A DNA stretch of 64,000 nucleotides from Candidatus Krumholzibacteriota bacterium (GCA_963764625.1 CAVXTH010000006.1:800001-864000); one strand, 5' to 3'; counted from the stretch's first letter, positions 37,644-48,154 are shown. The notes: generated by a model not told the origin, from the sequence alone. A program made the numbers and translations.

Positions 37644-37660
37644 GCAAAACCTGAGCCGTG

Positions 37661-37743
37661 AATCTAGAGTGTAGGGGATTTCTGTCAAGAGTTCAGGCTC
37701 GAATCGCCGCGTAGTTGACACGAGGGCCTCCCCTTCCTACGCT
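37661..37743. promoter_or_regulatory. Divergent sigma70 promoters for the two tRNAs
   Basis: Minus strand TTGACA-N16-TAGATT (37661-37688); plus strand TTGACA-N17-TACGCT (37715-37743). Confidence 0.65.
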
Positions 37744-37761
37744 GCCGGCGCCATGCTTCGT

Positions 37762-37847
37762 GCCGGAGTGGCGGAACTGGTAGACGCGCGGCACTCAAAA
37801 TGCCGTGGACACTGTTCGTGTGGGTTCGAGTCCCACCTCCGGCACCA
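37762..37847 (+). tRNA. tRNA-Leu(CAA)
   Basis: GCCGGAG acceptor stem, anticodon arm CGGCA-CTCAAAA-TGCCG, long variable arm, GGTTCGAGTCC, CCA end. Confidence 0.96.
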
Positions 37848-37914
37848 ACGCTCCTAGAGCCAGGCTTTTGCCCTTTCGCGGCACGGGTCACGCCACCGCC
37901 CTTGCTTCCCCGGC

Positions 37915-38269
37915 TCAGGGTTCCTTCGGAAATTCGCCCAGCACGTAGCGTCGATGACCGCCGGCCAGCGGCGTCTCGCTCGCGTCGAAGGCCTTTACCT
38001 CCAAGCTCAGCGAGTCACAATCGACGAGCACCCGCATCATGTTCTCATTGAGAGCGAGCAGGGTGTCCGAGCTGCTCTGCTGAAACAGGAGCCGGTAGCC
38101 TGACCACACGCGGACCAGATAGGAATCGGCTCCGTTCGACCGCCGGCCAGTGGAGTTCTTGGGGCCGGGCGGGCGGGGTTTGCTCGGCCTTGTGTCCACA
38201 CGCACCCAGGCAGAGGGAGACGCCCAGTAGCAAAAGAACCGAAACGAGAAGGGATCGGGTCGTGTTCAT
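37915..38269 (-). CDS. Small lipoprotein (FN3-like), apparent 1-nt insertion at ~38134-38137
   Basis: Lipobox LGAC; LHWPAVE joins GADSYLVRVW...LEVKAFD in the next frame. Confidence 0.55.
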
Positions 38270-38375
38270 GGACAAAATCCTAGCCGCGACGCGCGCGGTC
38301 GCACAAGGATCCCTCTCGTCATTCGTGCCAAGTTGCGATATCTTGCAGCACTCGAACCGGAATTGTTGATTCAAG

Positions 38376-39503
38376 ATGCGACGCACCGTACCCCTCTTCT
38401 TGGCGCTCCTTGCCATCCTGCCGTTCGGCGGCACTTTCGGCTGCTCGCCTGGAGGCTCTCCCTCCCTCCCCAAGCGCGAGACCGGCCATCCGATCCTGCT
38501 GATCCACGCGCAAAAGAGCGGAAACGAGGAAGCGAAAAACGACCGGGTCTGGGCGGAAACCCTCGAGTCCACATTCGGAGGCTGCGACCTCTGGGGATCC
38601 GCGCGCTTCGCCGCCTCGGTGAAACACGACTCCCTCTCCAATCGCCTCCTCGTCGTCTTCACCCACGCCGCCCTGAGCGAACTGGATACCCTGACGATTG
38701 AAAGAGTCAACGAGTACGTGAAACGGGGCGGCATCGCGTTCCTGGACACTCCGCCAGAACCCTGGGCCACGGCGGCCGGTCTCAGGGCCGTGTTCACTCG
38801 TGAACGCGAGGAGCTGCCCTGGCCCCAGGCGCTCAGCTGGCACACCGGCGCACCGAATTCCTCCAACTGGAACACCGCGGAATCGAGCGAAGGAGCCCTC
38901 CCGGGCTCGCTGCCGCCGGCTCCCCTTCGCTTCACTCAACTGGGATTCCGCCCCGCGAGCTACGGCCTGCGGTCGGTGGGCAGTCCATTCGGAATGTCCT
39001 CGATCTGGTGGACGAGTCGGGGAAAAGGGGGGTGGATCAGCGAGGCCCTGTGTCTACCGTGCCTCTTGCAGGCGCTCGCGCGCGACTCCTCCCTCTCGGA
39101 GATTCGCCGCGCGCAGTGGCGTGCGGCCATCGTCCACGCGCTACTGGCCCCCGACATCTTCCCCCTGCCGATTCCGCACGTAGGGGACTCGCCCTTCTCG
39201 CCACCGCCCACCGCCGATCGACTGGAAGAGTGGCGGGCCCTTCGCATGGGGGTCCATCTCGCTCCCACCTGGCAAGCGCCGCGCACTCTTCACCTGAGAG
39301 TCAGCGTTCCCTCGCAGAATTTCACCGCCGCGGTCGCGGTGCCGCTGCGTTGGCGAGGACGGAGCCTGAGCGACTGGACGAGCTCGTGGTCCAAGACCCA
39401 GAGCAAGAGCGCGCAGCACGGAGGGCAGGACTGGCGCCTCTTCTCCGTACCGGCCGGCGAGTCCACCCTCGACCTGCGCTACAGCCCGACCCGCTGGCGA
39501 TGA
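38376..39503 (+). CDS. Hypothetical exported protein / lipoprotein
   Basis: Signal-like N-terminus ending TFGC; VNEYVKRGG resembles class-I GATase-like domains; function unknown. Confidence 0.55.
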   Translation: MRRTVPLFLALLAILPFGGTFGCSPGGSPSLPKRETGHPILLIHAQKSGNEEAKNDRVWAETLESTFGGCDLWGSARFAASVKHDSLSNRLLVVFTHAALSELDTLTIERVNEYVKRGGIAFLDTPPEPWATAAGLRAVFTREREELPWPQALSWHTGAPNSSNWNTAESSEGALPGSLPPAPLRFTQLGFRPASYGLRSVGSPFGMSSIWWTSRGKGGWISEALCLPCLLQALARDSSLSEIRRAQWRAAIVHALLAPDIFPLPIPHVGDSPFSPPPTADRLEEWRALRMGVHLAPTWQAPRTLHLRVSVPSQNFTAAVAVPLRWRGRSLSDWTSSWSKTQSKSAQHGGQDWRLFSVPAGESTLDLRYSPTRWR

Positions 39504-39651
39504 ACGCAGCCGGCGAGCCGGTTTCAGCGGACGCGGAAGGGAATCTCGCGGTGAGCGACAATCGAGGCACTCTTTGCTATTCTAGAGAGCTTCGAGTCGA
39601 GAGCCCTCGAGCTTCCTCTCGACGAACGACCCTTTGCGCCAAGGTAGTAGA

Positions 39652-40677
39652 GTGCCCGATTCCAACATCATCACCATCGAACGGCACATCCAAGATGTGC
39701 AGTCCCAACACCCCCACGCTCGCGGAGAATTCTCGGGCCTTCTGCGCGACATCGCCTTCGCTTCGAAGATCATCGCTCATCACGTCAACCGAGCGGGTCT
39801 GGTCGACATCCTAGGCGCTACCGGAAAGCGAAACATCCAGGGAGAGAGCGTCCAGAAACTGGATCTCTACGCGCACGAAGTCATGGCGCGCATCGTCGGC
39901 CGCGGCGGGCGCGTCTGCCTCATGGCCAGCGAGGAGAAAGAGGACCCCATCCCGGTGGAGAACGACAATCTGACCGGCGACTACGTCCTGCTCTTCGATC
40001 CCCTCGATGGTTCGAGCAACATCGACGTGAACGTCTCGATCGGCACGATCTTCTCGGTTTTGCGGCGCGTGAGTCCGAAGGGTCCGGTGCAGTCGGAGGA
40101 TCTGCTCCAGCCCGGATACAAACAGTATGCCGCGGGCTACGTGATCTACGGCAGCAGCACCATGTTCGTGTACTCGGCGGGGCACGGGGTGCACGGCTTC
40201 ACCCTCGATCCGACGGTGGGCGAGTTCCTTCTCTCCCACGAGAACATCACCACGCCCGCGCGGGCCACGGTCTACAGCACGAACGAAGGTCACGCCGAAC
40301 GCTGGGATCCCACGGTTGCGCAGATCGTGAATCGATACAAGACAGGGAGCGCGGAGCGGCCCCCGCTCACCGCGCGCTACATCGGCAGTCTAGTCTCGGA
40401 TTTCCACCGCAATCTTCTGCGCGGAGGGGTCTTTCTCTACCCGGCCCTGAGCGGCCCGGACGGCGAGAGTCCTCGCCCGAAGCTCCGCCTCATGTACGAG
40501 GCGAATCCTCTGGCCTTCGTGGTCGAGCAGGCCGGGGGTTACGCGAGCAATGGCGAGGCTCCCATTCTGCGGATTCAGCCGGAGAGCTTGCACCAGCGAG
40601 TCCCCTTGTTCCTGGGCTGCAAAGAAGACGTACAGCGGATCGAATCGGATTATAAGACCATGAGCCGGGCTCGATGA
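39652..40677 (+). CDS. fbp: Fructose-1,6-bisphosphatase class 1
   Basis: NIQGESVQKLD, DPLDGSSNIDVN, RYIGSLVSDFHRNL and KLRLMYEANP motifs. Confidence 0.96.
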   Translation: MPDSNIITIERHIQDVQSQHPHARGEFSGLLRDIAFASKIIAHHVNRAGLVDILGATGKRNIQGESVQKLDLYAHEVMARIVGRGGRVCLMASEEKEDPIPVENDNLTGDYVLLFDPLDGSSNIDVNVSIGTIFSVLRRVSPKGPVQSEDLLQPGYKQYAAGYVIYGSSTMFVYSAGHGVHGFTLDPTVGEFLLSHENITTPARATVYSTNEGHAERWDPTVAQIVNRYKTGSAERPPLTARYIGSLVSDFHRNLLRGGVFLYPALSGPDGESPRPKLRLMYEANPLAFVVEQAGGYASNGEAPILRIQPESLHQRVPLFLGCKEDVQRIESDYKTMSRAR

Positions 40678-40729
40678 TTCCTACTGCTGCGCCCCGGTGC
40701 CAACAATCTTCGTCTCAAGAGGAAGCGCG

Positions 40730-42919
40730 ATGAATGGATCTCGGTTGTCCCGTAGCTTGTCGACCCTTCCCCTGCTCTTCGGCTTGTTCGCTCTGCTTCT
40801 CTGCGCACGCGCGCACGCGGTGAGAGCGCAGGATTCCACGCACCCGAGGATCATCGTTCTGGGCTTCGACGGAGTCGATCCGGACCGGTGCCGCCAGTAC
40901 TTTCAGGAGAACGACCTCCCCCATCTCTTGAGGCTCTCGCAAGAGGGAACTTTCTCCGACCTGAAGACCACCTATCCGGCGCAATCTCCGGTGAGCTGGG
41001 CCACCTTCGTGACCGGGCAGAATCCGGGCTATCACGGCATCTTCGACTTCCTCTACCGCGTACCCTTCACTTACACCCCGGACATCGCGCTGGCGAAACG
41101 CACCACCGAGCCCTTGATGCCCTCCAAGAGCCGACGCGGCCTTTTGACCGCGGCGGCGGGAATCATCGCGCTCTTCTTCGTATTCGGAGTCCTCCGTCTC
41201 TTCCGGGCCTCCCCGAAGTTGGCCCTGATCGTCGCGGTACTTCTCGCTCTCCCCGCGTGGGGCGTGGGTTATCTGGCTTTCTTCCGCTGGTTGCCCTATG
41301 AACTGCCGCGTCCGGAAAATCGACGCACCGGAACGCCGTTTTGGGAGTACGCCGCGGCCAGTGGCCTGCGGTGCAAACTGATCGACATTCCCATGACCTT
41401 CCCCGCCAAGCAAGTGGACGGAGTCCATCTGACCACCGGCTTGGGGACGCCCGACGCGCGCGCCACCTGGGGCCTCTTCGGTCTCTATTCCACCAAGACC
41501 TTTCAGACCAAAGCCACCGAGACCGGAGGCGTTCTCACCACCGTCCACTGGAACGACAACCACGCGAGCGCCGCGATCCTCGGTCCGACCCTGGTTCCCA
41601 GCCAAGGGGACGCCAGTGTTCCCATGGAACTCACTCGGGAGGATGACGGGGCGGTGAAATTAGAAGTCGGCGGGCAGAAGATTCAGCTTCACGTCGGAGA
41701 ATGGAGCGACTTCGTAACGCTCAGCTTCCAGGCCAATCCGCTTCTGAAGATGATGGCGAGCACGCGCTTCAAGTTGCTCGAACTCGAGCCGGACTTGAGG
41801 CTTTACCAAGAGCCGCTCAATTTCCTCCCCTGTCACCTGCCGCCCACCGTCAACATCTCGGACCCGCGCGATTGGGCCTGCGAGCTGGCCCACGAATACG
41901 GACCGAGGGAAACGGTCGGCTGGTCGATCGCCACGAATCCGCTCCGGGACGATGTCATCGACATTCCCACTTTCCTGGAAGATCTGGATTTCACCCTCGA
42001 GAATCGCAAGCGCGTGGTCATGGGAGAGCTCGCCAAGAAAGACTGGGACCTCTTCGTCGGCGTCTTTCTCTCAACCGATCGCATGCAGCACATGATGTAC
42101 CGCTTCATCGACCCCGGGCACCCCAACTACGATCCCGTGTTGGCCAAGCTCTACGGCGGACAGATCCTCGCGATCTACCAGAAGATGGATGCGATCGTGG
42201 GCGAGGTCATGGATCGTTACCTCGATGGCAACACCATCCTCATGGTGGTCAGCGACCACGGTTTCCATTCCTTCCGCTATGGGGTGAACTTGAACACCTG
42301 GTTGGCAAAGAATGGTTTCATGACTCTCAAGGGGAACCCCAACACGCCAGATGAACACAAGAAGCTGGACGATCTCTTCGATCCCGAAGGCAGCTTCTTC
42401 AAGAACGTGGACTGGCCGAAGACGAAGGCCTATTCCATCGGGCTCGGCAGCATCTACGTCAATCTCCAGCTGCGGGAACCCCAAGGTTCGGTGAGCGCGA
42501 GCGAGTACGATCAGGTCCGGCAGGGAATCATCGACGGGCTGAAGCAGTTGAGGGATCCGCGCTTTCCCGACACTCCGGTGGTGCTCGACGTGGTGCGTCG
42601 CGATTCGGTGTTTCACGGGCCGCGTTTTCTAGAGGCGCCCGATCTTCTGGTGTGTTTCAATGAGAACTACCGGGTGTCCTGGCAAACCGCACTCGGCGGC
42701 TTGCCGCCCGACGTGATCGAGAACAACATGGACAACTGGAGCGGAGATCACTGCAGCTTCGATCCCCGCATCACCGCCGGCATTTTCTTCTGCAGCCGCA
42801 AACTTCCCGACAAGGCGCGCTCGATCCAGGACATCGGGCCGACGGTTCTACGCTATTTGGGGGTTCCCCTTCCCGGCAATTTCGACGGAAAGCCGCTGCA
42901 ACTCGCCGACACTCCCTGA
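40730..42919 (+). CDS. Alkaline phosphatase superfamily phosphodiesterase/nucleotide pyrophosphatase-like protein
   Basis: LGFDG, QSPVSW (Ser nucleophile), DRMQH, SDHGF and WSGDH metal ligands; signal peptide; internal hydrophobic hairpin. Confidence 0.85.
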   Translation: MNGSRLSRSLSTLPLLFGLFALLLCARAHAVRAQDSTHPRIIVLGFDGVDPDRCRQYFQENDLPHLLRLSQEGTFSDLKTTYPAQSPVSWATFVTGQNPGYHGIFDFLYRVPFTYTPDIALAKRTTEPLMPSKSRRGLLTAAAGIIALFFVFGVLRLFRASPKLALIVAVLLALPAWGVGYLAFFRWLPYELPRPENRRTGTPFWEYAAASGLRCKLIDIPMTFPAKQVDGVHLTTGLGTPDARATWGLFGLYSTKTFQTKATETGGVLTTVHWNDNHASAAILGPTLVPSQGDASVPMELTREDDGAVKLEVGGQKIQLHVGEWSDFVTLSFQANPLLKMMASTRFKLLELEPDLRLYQEPLNFLPCHLPPTVNISDPRDWACELAHEYGPRETVGWSIATNPLRDDVIDIPTFLEDLDFTLENRKRVVMGELAKKDWDLFVGVFLSTDRMQHMMYRFIDPGHPNYDPVLAKLYGGQILAIYQKMDAIVGEVMDRYLDGNTILMVVSDHGFHSFRYGVNLNTWLAKNGFMTLKGNPNTPDEHKKLDDLFDPEGSFFKNVDWPKTKAYSIGLGSIYVNLQLREPQGSVSASEYDQVRQGIIDGLKQLRDPRFPDTPVVLDVVRRDSVFHGPRFLEAPDLLVCFNENYRVSWQTALGGLPPDVIENNMDNWSGDHCSFDPRITAGIFFCSRKLPDKARSIQDIGPTVLRYLGVPLPGNFDGKPLQLADTP

Positions 42920-42941
42920 ACTCGCATTGCTTCGTTTCGGC

Positions 42942-44508
42942 TCAGGGTTGGGTGGAAAACTGGTACCACCGCAAATCGGTGCCGTTGGGAATGTGCGCGA
43001 TGAGGCGCGCCATGCGAACCTCTTCGGGATAGGGAATGAGCGGGGAGGTCGAGTTCACCCCGGCCGACATCACGTGATCGCTGTTGGGCGAATGCGTCAT
43101 CCACAACACGTGACCCAGCTCGTGCACCAGGATGCGATCCAGGAGTCCCGCGGTCTCCTGTTCGTAGACCTTGACCACGACCAGTTGGGGGATGCACTGG
43201 AAGAGGCAGTACTTGTCAGGGGGATCCACCATCCTCACCTCGCCGAGTATCCCCCCTCCTGACTGCCCACTCACGTAAACATTGAAATCCGCCCCGTACT
43301 CCGGCTTGCCCACCACCGGTAGTCAGAAGTTCCTCGCCGGCCTCGTCGTTCCAGGTCTGGATCGCGGTCTGCATGGCGGTGGTCACGCTCTGTCCCGCGA
43401 TGGTGGAGGCCGAATCGGCGTCGACGCGCACCGGGATGGGGTAGCTCTCCCATCGCCGCAAAATCGGTGGGCTCGCGCCGTCCTTCACTTTGGACGCCAT
43501 GATGTAGAGAAAATCGAGACTGTTGATGAAAGTGTCCCTGGGACTGGTGATGAAGACCTGGGGCAGGGGCTTGAAGAGAAGCGCATCGAACTCCTGATCT
43601 TGGAGCTCGAGCGAGTCACTGACCACCCAGTAGTACGAGTAGGCCTCCAGAGGTCGGGTGGGCTTCAGCGTCAGTCGGTGACGGGACAGATCGGGGATGT
43701 CGCCGATCACGTACCTCCCGTCGCTTCCGCTGAGTGCCTGATACTGGCCCACCTGAGCCAGTACTTCGGGAAAGCCCTCGACTCCTCCCCCGTCTTTGAG
43801 TCGCGTCACGCGTCCTTCCACCTTGTAATGCCCGGTGCTCAGGCTCGTGCTCTCGCGGCTGAGCGTCGATCTACGTCCCAGGATGTCGACCACCTGAACT
43901 CTCATGTAGTACTGGGTCTTCTCGATCAAATCCGTCAGGAGGTGACTCTGCACGATGATGGTGGAATCCTGGGCAACGCTCGCGAAATCCAATCCCTCCA
44001 GATTGTCCTCGGTGATGGGTGCGGTCGAATAAAAGAGGCGGTAATGGTGGATGAGCTCGGTTCCGGTCCCCGGCCTCACCCAACTCGTCGCGATACTCCC
44101 GGGCAGCGCGCCCCGGCTGGCTTGCATGAGAGCAACCGGAGCCGGGGGACTGGTGTTCGCGTCGCTCACCGTCAGCATCCAGCGCGCCACGATGGGAGCA
44201 TCCACCGGCGGCAGAACGACCTTGATCTCGACTTGGCCGATGCGGTCCGCACGCCAGGCGAACGAGCTACCGGTGGCCACGGAGTCCTCGTCGAGATAGA
44301 AGACACCCAAGGCGGGAGTGCCGTCCTTGCGCGTGATCTTGACTTTGAAGGTATCGAGGGCGTCGATACTGACCGCACCGGGCACCGGGTCGAAATGGTA
44401 CGCCTGGTTCGCGCCGGGATCGGTGGGAGAAGACGAGTTGGAGCACGCAAAGAGGAGCAGCGCGGCTGAAAGGCCCAGAGTCAGGCTCAGAACCCCATTG
44501 TGTCGCAT
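42942..44508 (-). CDS. Lipoprotein with FN3-like domain and C-terminal matrixin-like zinc peptidase, apparent 1-nt insertion at ~43317
   Basis: Lipobox LFAC; AIQTWN in the 5' ORF; HELGHVLWMTHS...VM (HExxHxxxxxH plus Met-turn) in the 3' ORF. Confidence 0.7.
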
Positions 44509-44555
44509 CGCCCCGGTGCACCTCGAACAGGAGTGGAAAGACGCGGAATCTCCGT

Positions 44556-44592
44556 GATCAACAACTTAGGAATGCCCCAGCCAGGGTGTCAA
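44556..44592 (-). promoter_or_regulatory. Sigma70-type promoter with an overlapping IHF-like site
   Basis: TTGACA-N18-TAAGTT on the minus strand; GATCAACAACTTA resembles WATCAANNNNTTR. Confidence 0.4.
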
Positions 44593-46208
44593 CGCCGCCC
44601 GTGTAGCAGAGAAGGGGCCAGCCACCACTTCTCGATCCCGTAGAAGGGTGAGAGGTTGTTGGGCGTGCAGTCTTGGAACGCGGTCTGGATGCCCACCAAG
44701 GCGTCGTAGTAGTAGAGCATGGTCCAGGGTTGCTCCTTGGCGCAGAGCTCCTGGAAGCGGTACCAGATGACCCGCGCCGCGTCAGTGTCCATCTCCGCCA
44801 GTCCCTGCTCCACCAGCTCGTCCATTTCGGGGTTGGAATAGCCGCCGTAGTTGACCGCCCCCCCGGTGCAGACCAGCATCGTGGGGTCCACGGACATGCG
44901 GCTTCCGAAATGGCCGTAGTACACGTCGTAGCGCCCGGCGCGTACTTCGGACAGCGCAGCCGAATACTCCATCAGGCGGAGTTTCACCCGGATCCCAATC
45001 CGCGACAGATTCTCCTGCAGGATGAGGGCTCCGTTCTCGCGCACCGGGTCCCCCGTCCTCGTCGTAATCTCGATTTGGAAGGGCTTGCCGTCCTTCTCCA
45101 CCACTCCGTCGCCGTCGGTGTCGGCAAATCCCGCCTCCTGAAGCAGGCGAGCCGAGAGCGCGGGGTCGTACGCGTCGGGCGCCAGATTGGCGTCGTGCGC
45201 CCAGGCCAGGGCGGGAACGATGATGGAGGCGGCCGGTTGGGCTCGCCCGAACATCAGGTTCTCGGTGAAGGCCCTGCGATCGATCCCGTGCGAAATGGCG
45301 CGTCGAACCCTGGCGTCGCTTAAGAACGGCCGCCGCACGTTATAATTCAGATAGCCGAACATCCGGCCCGAGATGGGGTAGATCTTGATCCAGGGGGTGC
45401 TCTTCCTCAGCCGTCCTTCGTCCTTGGGCGCGATGTTTTCCACCATGTCCACTTCGCCGGCTTCCAGGCGCAGGAGCCTTACGGCCTGTTCGGGCGTGAA
45501 CTCGAAGATGATCTCGTCGAGATAGGGCTTGGGACCGAAGTAGTGAGGATTGCGCTCGAGCACGATGCGCGTGCCCGCCTCCCAACTCTTCAGTTGGTAG
45601 GGGCCCAGGCCGATCGGATGGCGATTGATCGGCCAGCTCTGCACCTGGTTAGGATCGAGACGGTCGACGACGTGAGCCGGAAACAAACTCAGATTCGCGT
45701 TGAAGAGCTGGTCGCGGTTGCGGTGGGTGAAGCGCACCTCCACCGTCTGACTGTCCAGCGCGGTGAAGGACTCGATGTCGTTGAAATTGCTCCGGCGCGA
45801 AGAGGAGATCCGAGGATCGACGTACAACTCGTAGCTGCGCTGCACGTCGTAGGCGCTGAAATCCTCGCCATCACTCCATTGGACCCCCTTGCGCAAGTGG
45901 AAGGTCAGCGTGAGCCCGTCCTGGGACCAGGTCCACGACTGAGCCAGATCGGGTTCCCACTCCAACCGTTCGTTCATGCTCACCAGCCCGTCGTTCACCA
46001 GGGCGAGAATGCGGCTGCTGTAGCCACTGGTGGTGATGAGACTGTTGAGCACGTCCGGTTCGGAACCCGCGGCGACGCGCAAGCTTCCACCGTACACCGG
46101 TTCGGCCGGGATCGCCGGCGTTGAAGCCTTGTGCGATTCACTCTGACACGCCGGCAGCAAAAGGAGCAATCCGGTGAGCAGAAGGCTGAGATTCCGATTC
46201 CACGACAT
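44589..46208 (-). CDS. ABC peptide/nickel substrate-binding lipoprotein (SBP family 5)
   Basis: Lipobox LPAC, PDLAQSW, LRKGVQWSDG, GLGPY and VRRAI motifs; start trimmed from the 878-aa track ORF to ATG 46208. Confidence 0.9.
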   Translation of the reverse strand: MSWNRNLSLLLTGLLLLLPACQSESHKASTPAIPAEPVYGGSLRVAAGSEPDVLNSLITTSGYSSRILALVNDGLVSMNERLEWEPDLAQSWTWSQDGLTLTFHLRKGVQWSDGEDFSAYDVQRSYELYVDPRISSSRRSNFNDIESFTALDSQTVEVRFTHRNRDQLFNANLSLFPAHVVDRLDPNQVQSWPINRHPIGLGPYQLKSWEAGTRIVLERNPHYFGPKPYLDEIIFEFTPEQAVRLLRLEAGEVDMVENIAPKDEGRLRKSTPWIKIYPISGRMFGYLNYNVRRPFLSDARVRRAISHGIDRRAFTENLMFGRAQPAASIIVPALAWAHDANLAPDAYDPALSARLLQEAGFADTDGDGVVEKDGKPFQIEITTRTGDPVRENGALILQENLSRIGIRVKLRLMEYSAALSEVRAGRYDVYYGHFGSRMSVDPTMLVCTGGAVNYGGYSNPEMDELVEQGLAEMDTDAARVIWYRFQELCAKEQPWTMLYYYDALVGIQTAFQDCTPNNLSPFYGIEKWWLAPSLLHGRR

Positions 46209-46330
46209 CGCGGGCCTCGAACGCTGGAGCTTCAAGCGGTGGGTCCATTCGGGCGGACACCACGGCGAATGTAACGCGTGCATGGCGTCATCGTCCATCC
46301 CTTCCCCAAATCGCGAGGCTCCCCACCGTC

Positions 46331-47218
46331 TCACGAAGCCGCGCTTTTTTCCCCGTTCTGGAATTCGTCCCCCGCGAGACGGTCCCCATTGCGCTCCTCG
46401 TCGACATTCTTCATGCGTACAAAGAGGGAGATGACGGCCACCGTCAAACCGAACAGGCATACGATGGTGGCTCCCATCGGCCAGTCCTTTTGGTAGGACA
46501 GAAGCGATCCCAGAATCGAGACCACGAACGCGAGGGCCCAGGCCCAGTACAGCCGCGCCGCTCCCCTCTTTCCGAGAAGGGTGGAACAGACCAGGGGCAC
46601 GATCAGATACGAAAACACGGCCAGCACACCGGAGACTTTCACCGAGCTGGTGACCACCAGTCCGAACGAAGCGTAGAACAGGAAGTCCCACTTCTTCACC
46701 GAAAGTCCCATCTGTCGCGCTTTCTTGTGATCCTGAGAGCACGCCATGAGTTGGCGGCGACTCAGGTACAGGAATGCGCCCACGATGGAGTAGAGCACCG
46801 CCATGATCAGGATGTCTTTCCAGGTGACCCAGCCCAGTGCCTCGCCACTGAGAGCGCCGCGCACGTGCTCGGCTCCGTGGGGCGCGTTCGACAGGAGCAC
46901 CAGATTGGCCGCAGTGGCCAGAGCGAAGGAGATTCCGATGAACGCCTCCTGCAGCACCGAGTGATTGCGGTCCCAGAGAAAACTGAACAACGCCGCCCCG
47001 CAAAGGGTGAAGCCGAACGACCAAAAGTACATGCTCGGATCGTGCGGGTCGGCGCCCAGGAGGAAGGCGACGCTTCCTCCCAGGGCCGCGATCTGCGCCA
47101 GAGCGAGATCGACGAAGATCACTCCCCGAGCCAGCACGTGCTGGCCCAGGGAGGGATGAATCAAGACCAGAAGCAGGCATGCCAACATCGGCAGCGCCAT
47201 GACGTGCAGAAATTCCAT
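46331..47218 (-). CDS. Zn/Mn ABC transporter permease (ZnuB/ABC-3 family)
   Basis: RGVIFVDLALAQIAALG; about nine TM helices; GVLAVFSYLIVP. Confidence 0.85.
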   Translation of the reverse strand: MEFLHVMALPMLACLLLVLIHPSLGQHVLARGVIFVDLALAQIAALGGSVAFLLGADPHDPSMYFWSFGFTLCGAALFSFLWDRNHSVLQEAFIGISFALATAANLVLLSNAPHGAEHVRGALSGEALGWVTWKDILIMAVLYSIVGAFLYLSRRQLMACSQDHKKARQMGLSVKKWDFLFYASFGLVVTSSVKVSGVLAVFSYLIVPLVCSTLLGKRGAARLYWAWALAFVVSILGSLLSYQKDWPMGATIVCLFGLTVAVISLFVRMKNVDEERNGDRLAGDEFQNGEKSAAS

Positions 47219-47230
47219 TGGCCAACTACC

Positions 47231-48154
47231 TCACTTCTCGGACAGAGCCGTGGCGATCGAGGAGACGAGTACATCGAATTTGGAGAAGACGTCGTCGGTG
47301 TCAGGAAGACCGCCGGCTTCGGTGGCGATCTCAAGAGCAGTGCCACCGGCCCGCTTCGCGACCTCGTTGCACGCGTCGGCGTTGTAGTAGGGCTGATAGA
47401 GCACCAGCTTGACCCCCTCGGCCCTCATCGCCTTGGTCAGATCGGCCACGTGATGAGGTGAAGGTGGAATGCCCGGCTTGGGTTCGACGTTTTCGAAGAT
47501 CTTCAGACCGAAGCGCGTGGCAAAGTAGATGAAGTTCTTGTGGTAGGTCACGACCTCGGCGCCCTTATAGGGTTCCATCTCCTTCTCCCACTTCGCCAGC
47601 GAGGCCTCCATTCTCTCCTTGAAGGCCTTGGCGTTGGCGGCGTAGTCGTCCGCGTTGGCGGGATCGAGGCGCGAGAACACCTCTGCCAAATGGTCGGCGA
47701 CGATCTCCAGATTTTTTGGATCGGCGTAGTAGTGGGGATTCCCCAGTGGATGCACGTCTCCCTCGCCGCGGCTCACGGTGCCGGTGGGTTTTTCCAGCAC
47801 GGGAACGCCTTCCGAAGCGTCCACGAAGCCCTCTTGGCCCGGCTGGATCTTGGGGTTGCGGCTCCCCGGCAAGACGAGCGGCAGCCAGCCGATGTCCAGC
47901 TCCAGTCCGGTCGACACGTACACGTCGGCGTGCTGGATGGCCTTCATCAGGCTCGGCTTGGCCGGGACGTAGTGGGGATCCTGGTAGCCCTTGCACAGAC
48001 TCTTGGCCTCCACGTGCTCGCCGCCCACGAAACGGGCGACCGACGCGAGGTCGGTCAGGGAGGTAGCCACTTTGAGCTTGTGTTCGGCCCGCGCTGGCTG
48101 GACCACGAGCAGGCTCAGGCTCAGTAGGGTCAGGGTTCGAAACAGCGATTTCAT
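47231..48154 (-). CDS. Zn/Mn ABC transporter substrate-binding protein (ZnuA/TroA family)
   Basis: QDPH, GDVHPLGNPHY, TYHK and EPKPGIPPS motifs; signal peptide. Confidence 0.9.
   Translation of the reverse strand: MKSLFRTLTLLSLSLLVVQPARAEHKLKVATSLTDLASVARFVGGEHVEAKSLCKGYQDPHYVPAKPSLMKAIQHADVYVSTGLELDIGWLPLVLPGSRNPKIQPGQEGFVDASEGVPVLEKPTGTVSRGEGDVHPLGNPHYYADPKNLEIVADHLAEVFSRLDPANADDYAANAKAFKERMEASLAKWEKEMEPYKGAEVVTYHKNFIYFATRFGLKIFENVEPKPGIPPSPHHVADLTKAMRAEGVKLVLYQPYYNADACNEVAKRAGGTALEIATEAGGLPDTDDVFSKFDVLVSSIATALSEK

Noticed and set aside
37762-39503. Integrative element or genomic island at tRNA-Leu
   Set aside because: No integrase, no duplicated tRNA 3' end and no compositional shift seen; the only recombinase is the housekeeping xerC next to trmFO
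46209-47225. N-terminal 338 aa of the 878-aa track ORF, an apparent fusion or overlap with the permease
   Set aside because: Low-complexity Arg/Gly/Pro alternative frame of the permease gene; the real SBP starts at its lipoprotein signal (46208)
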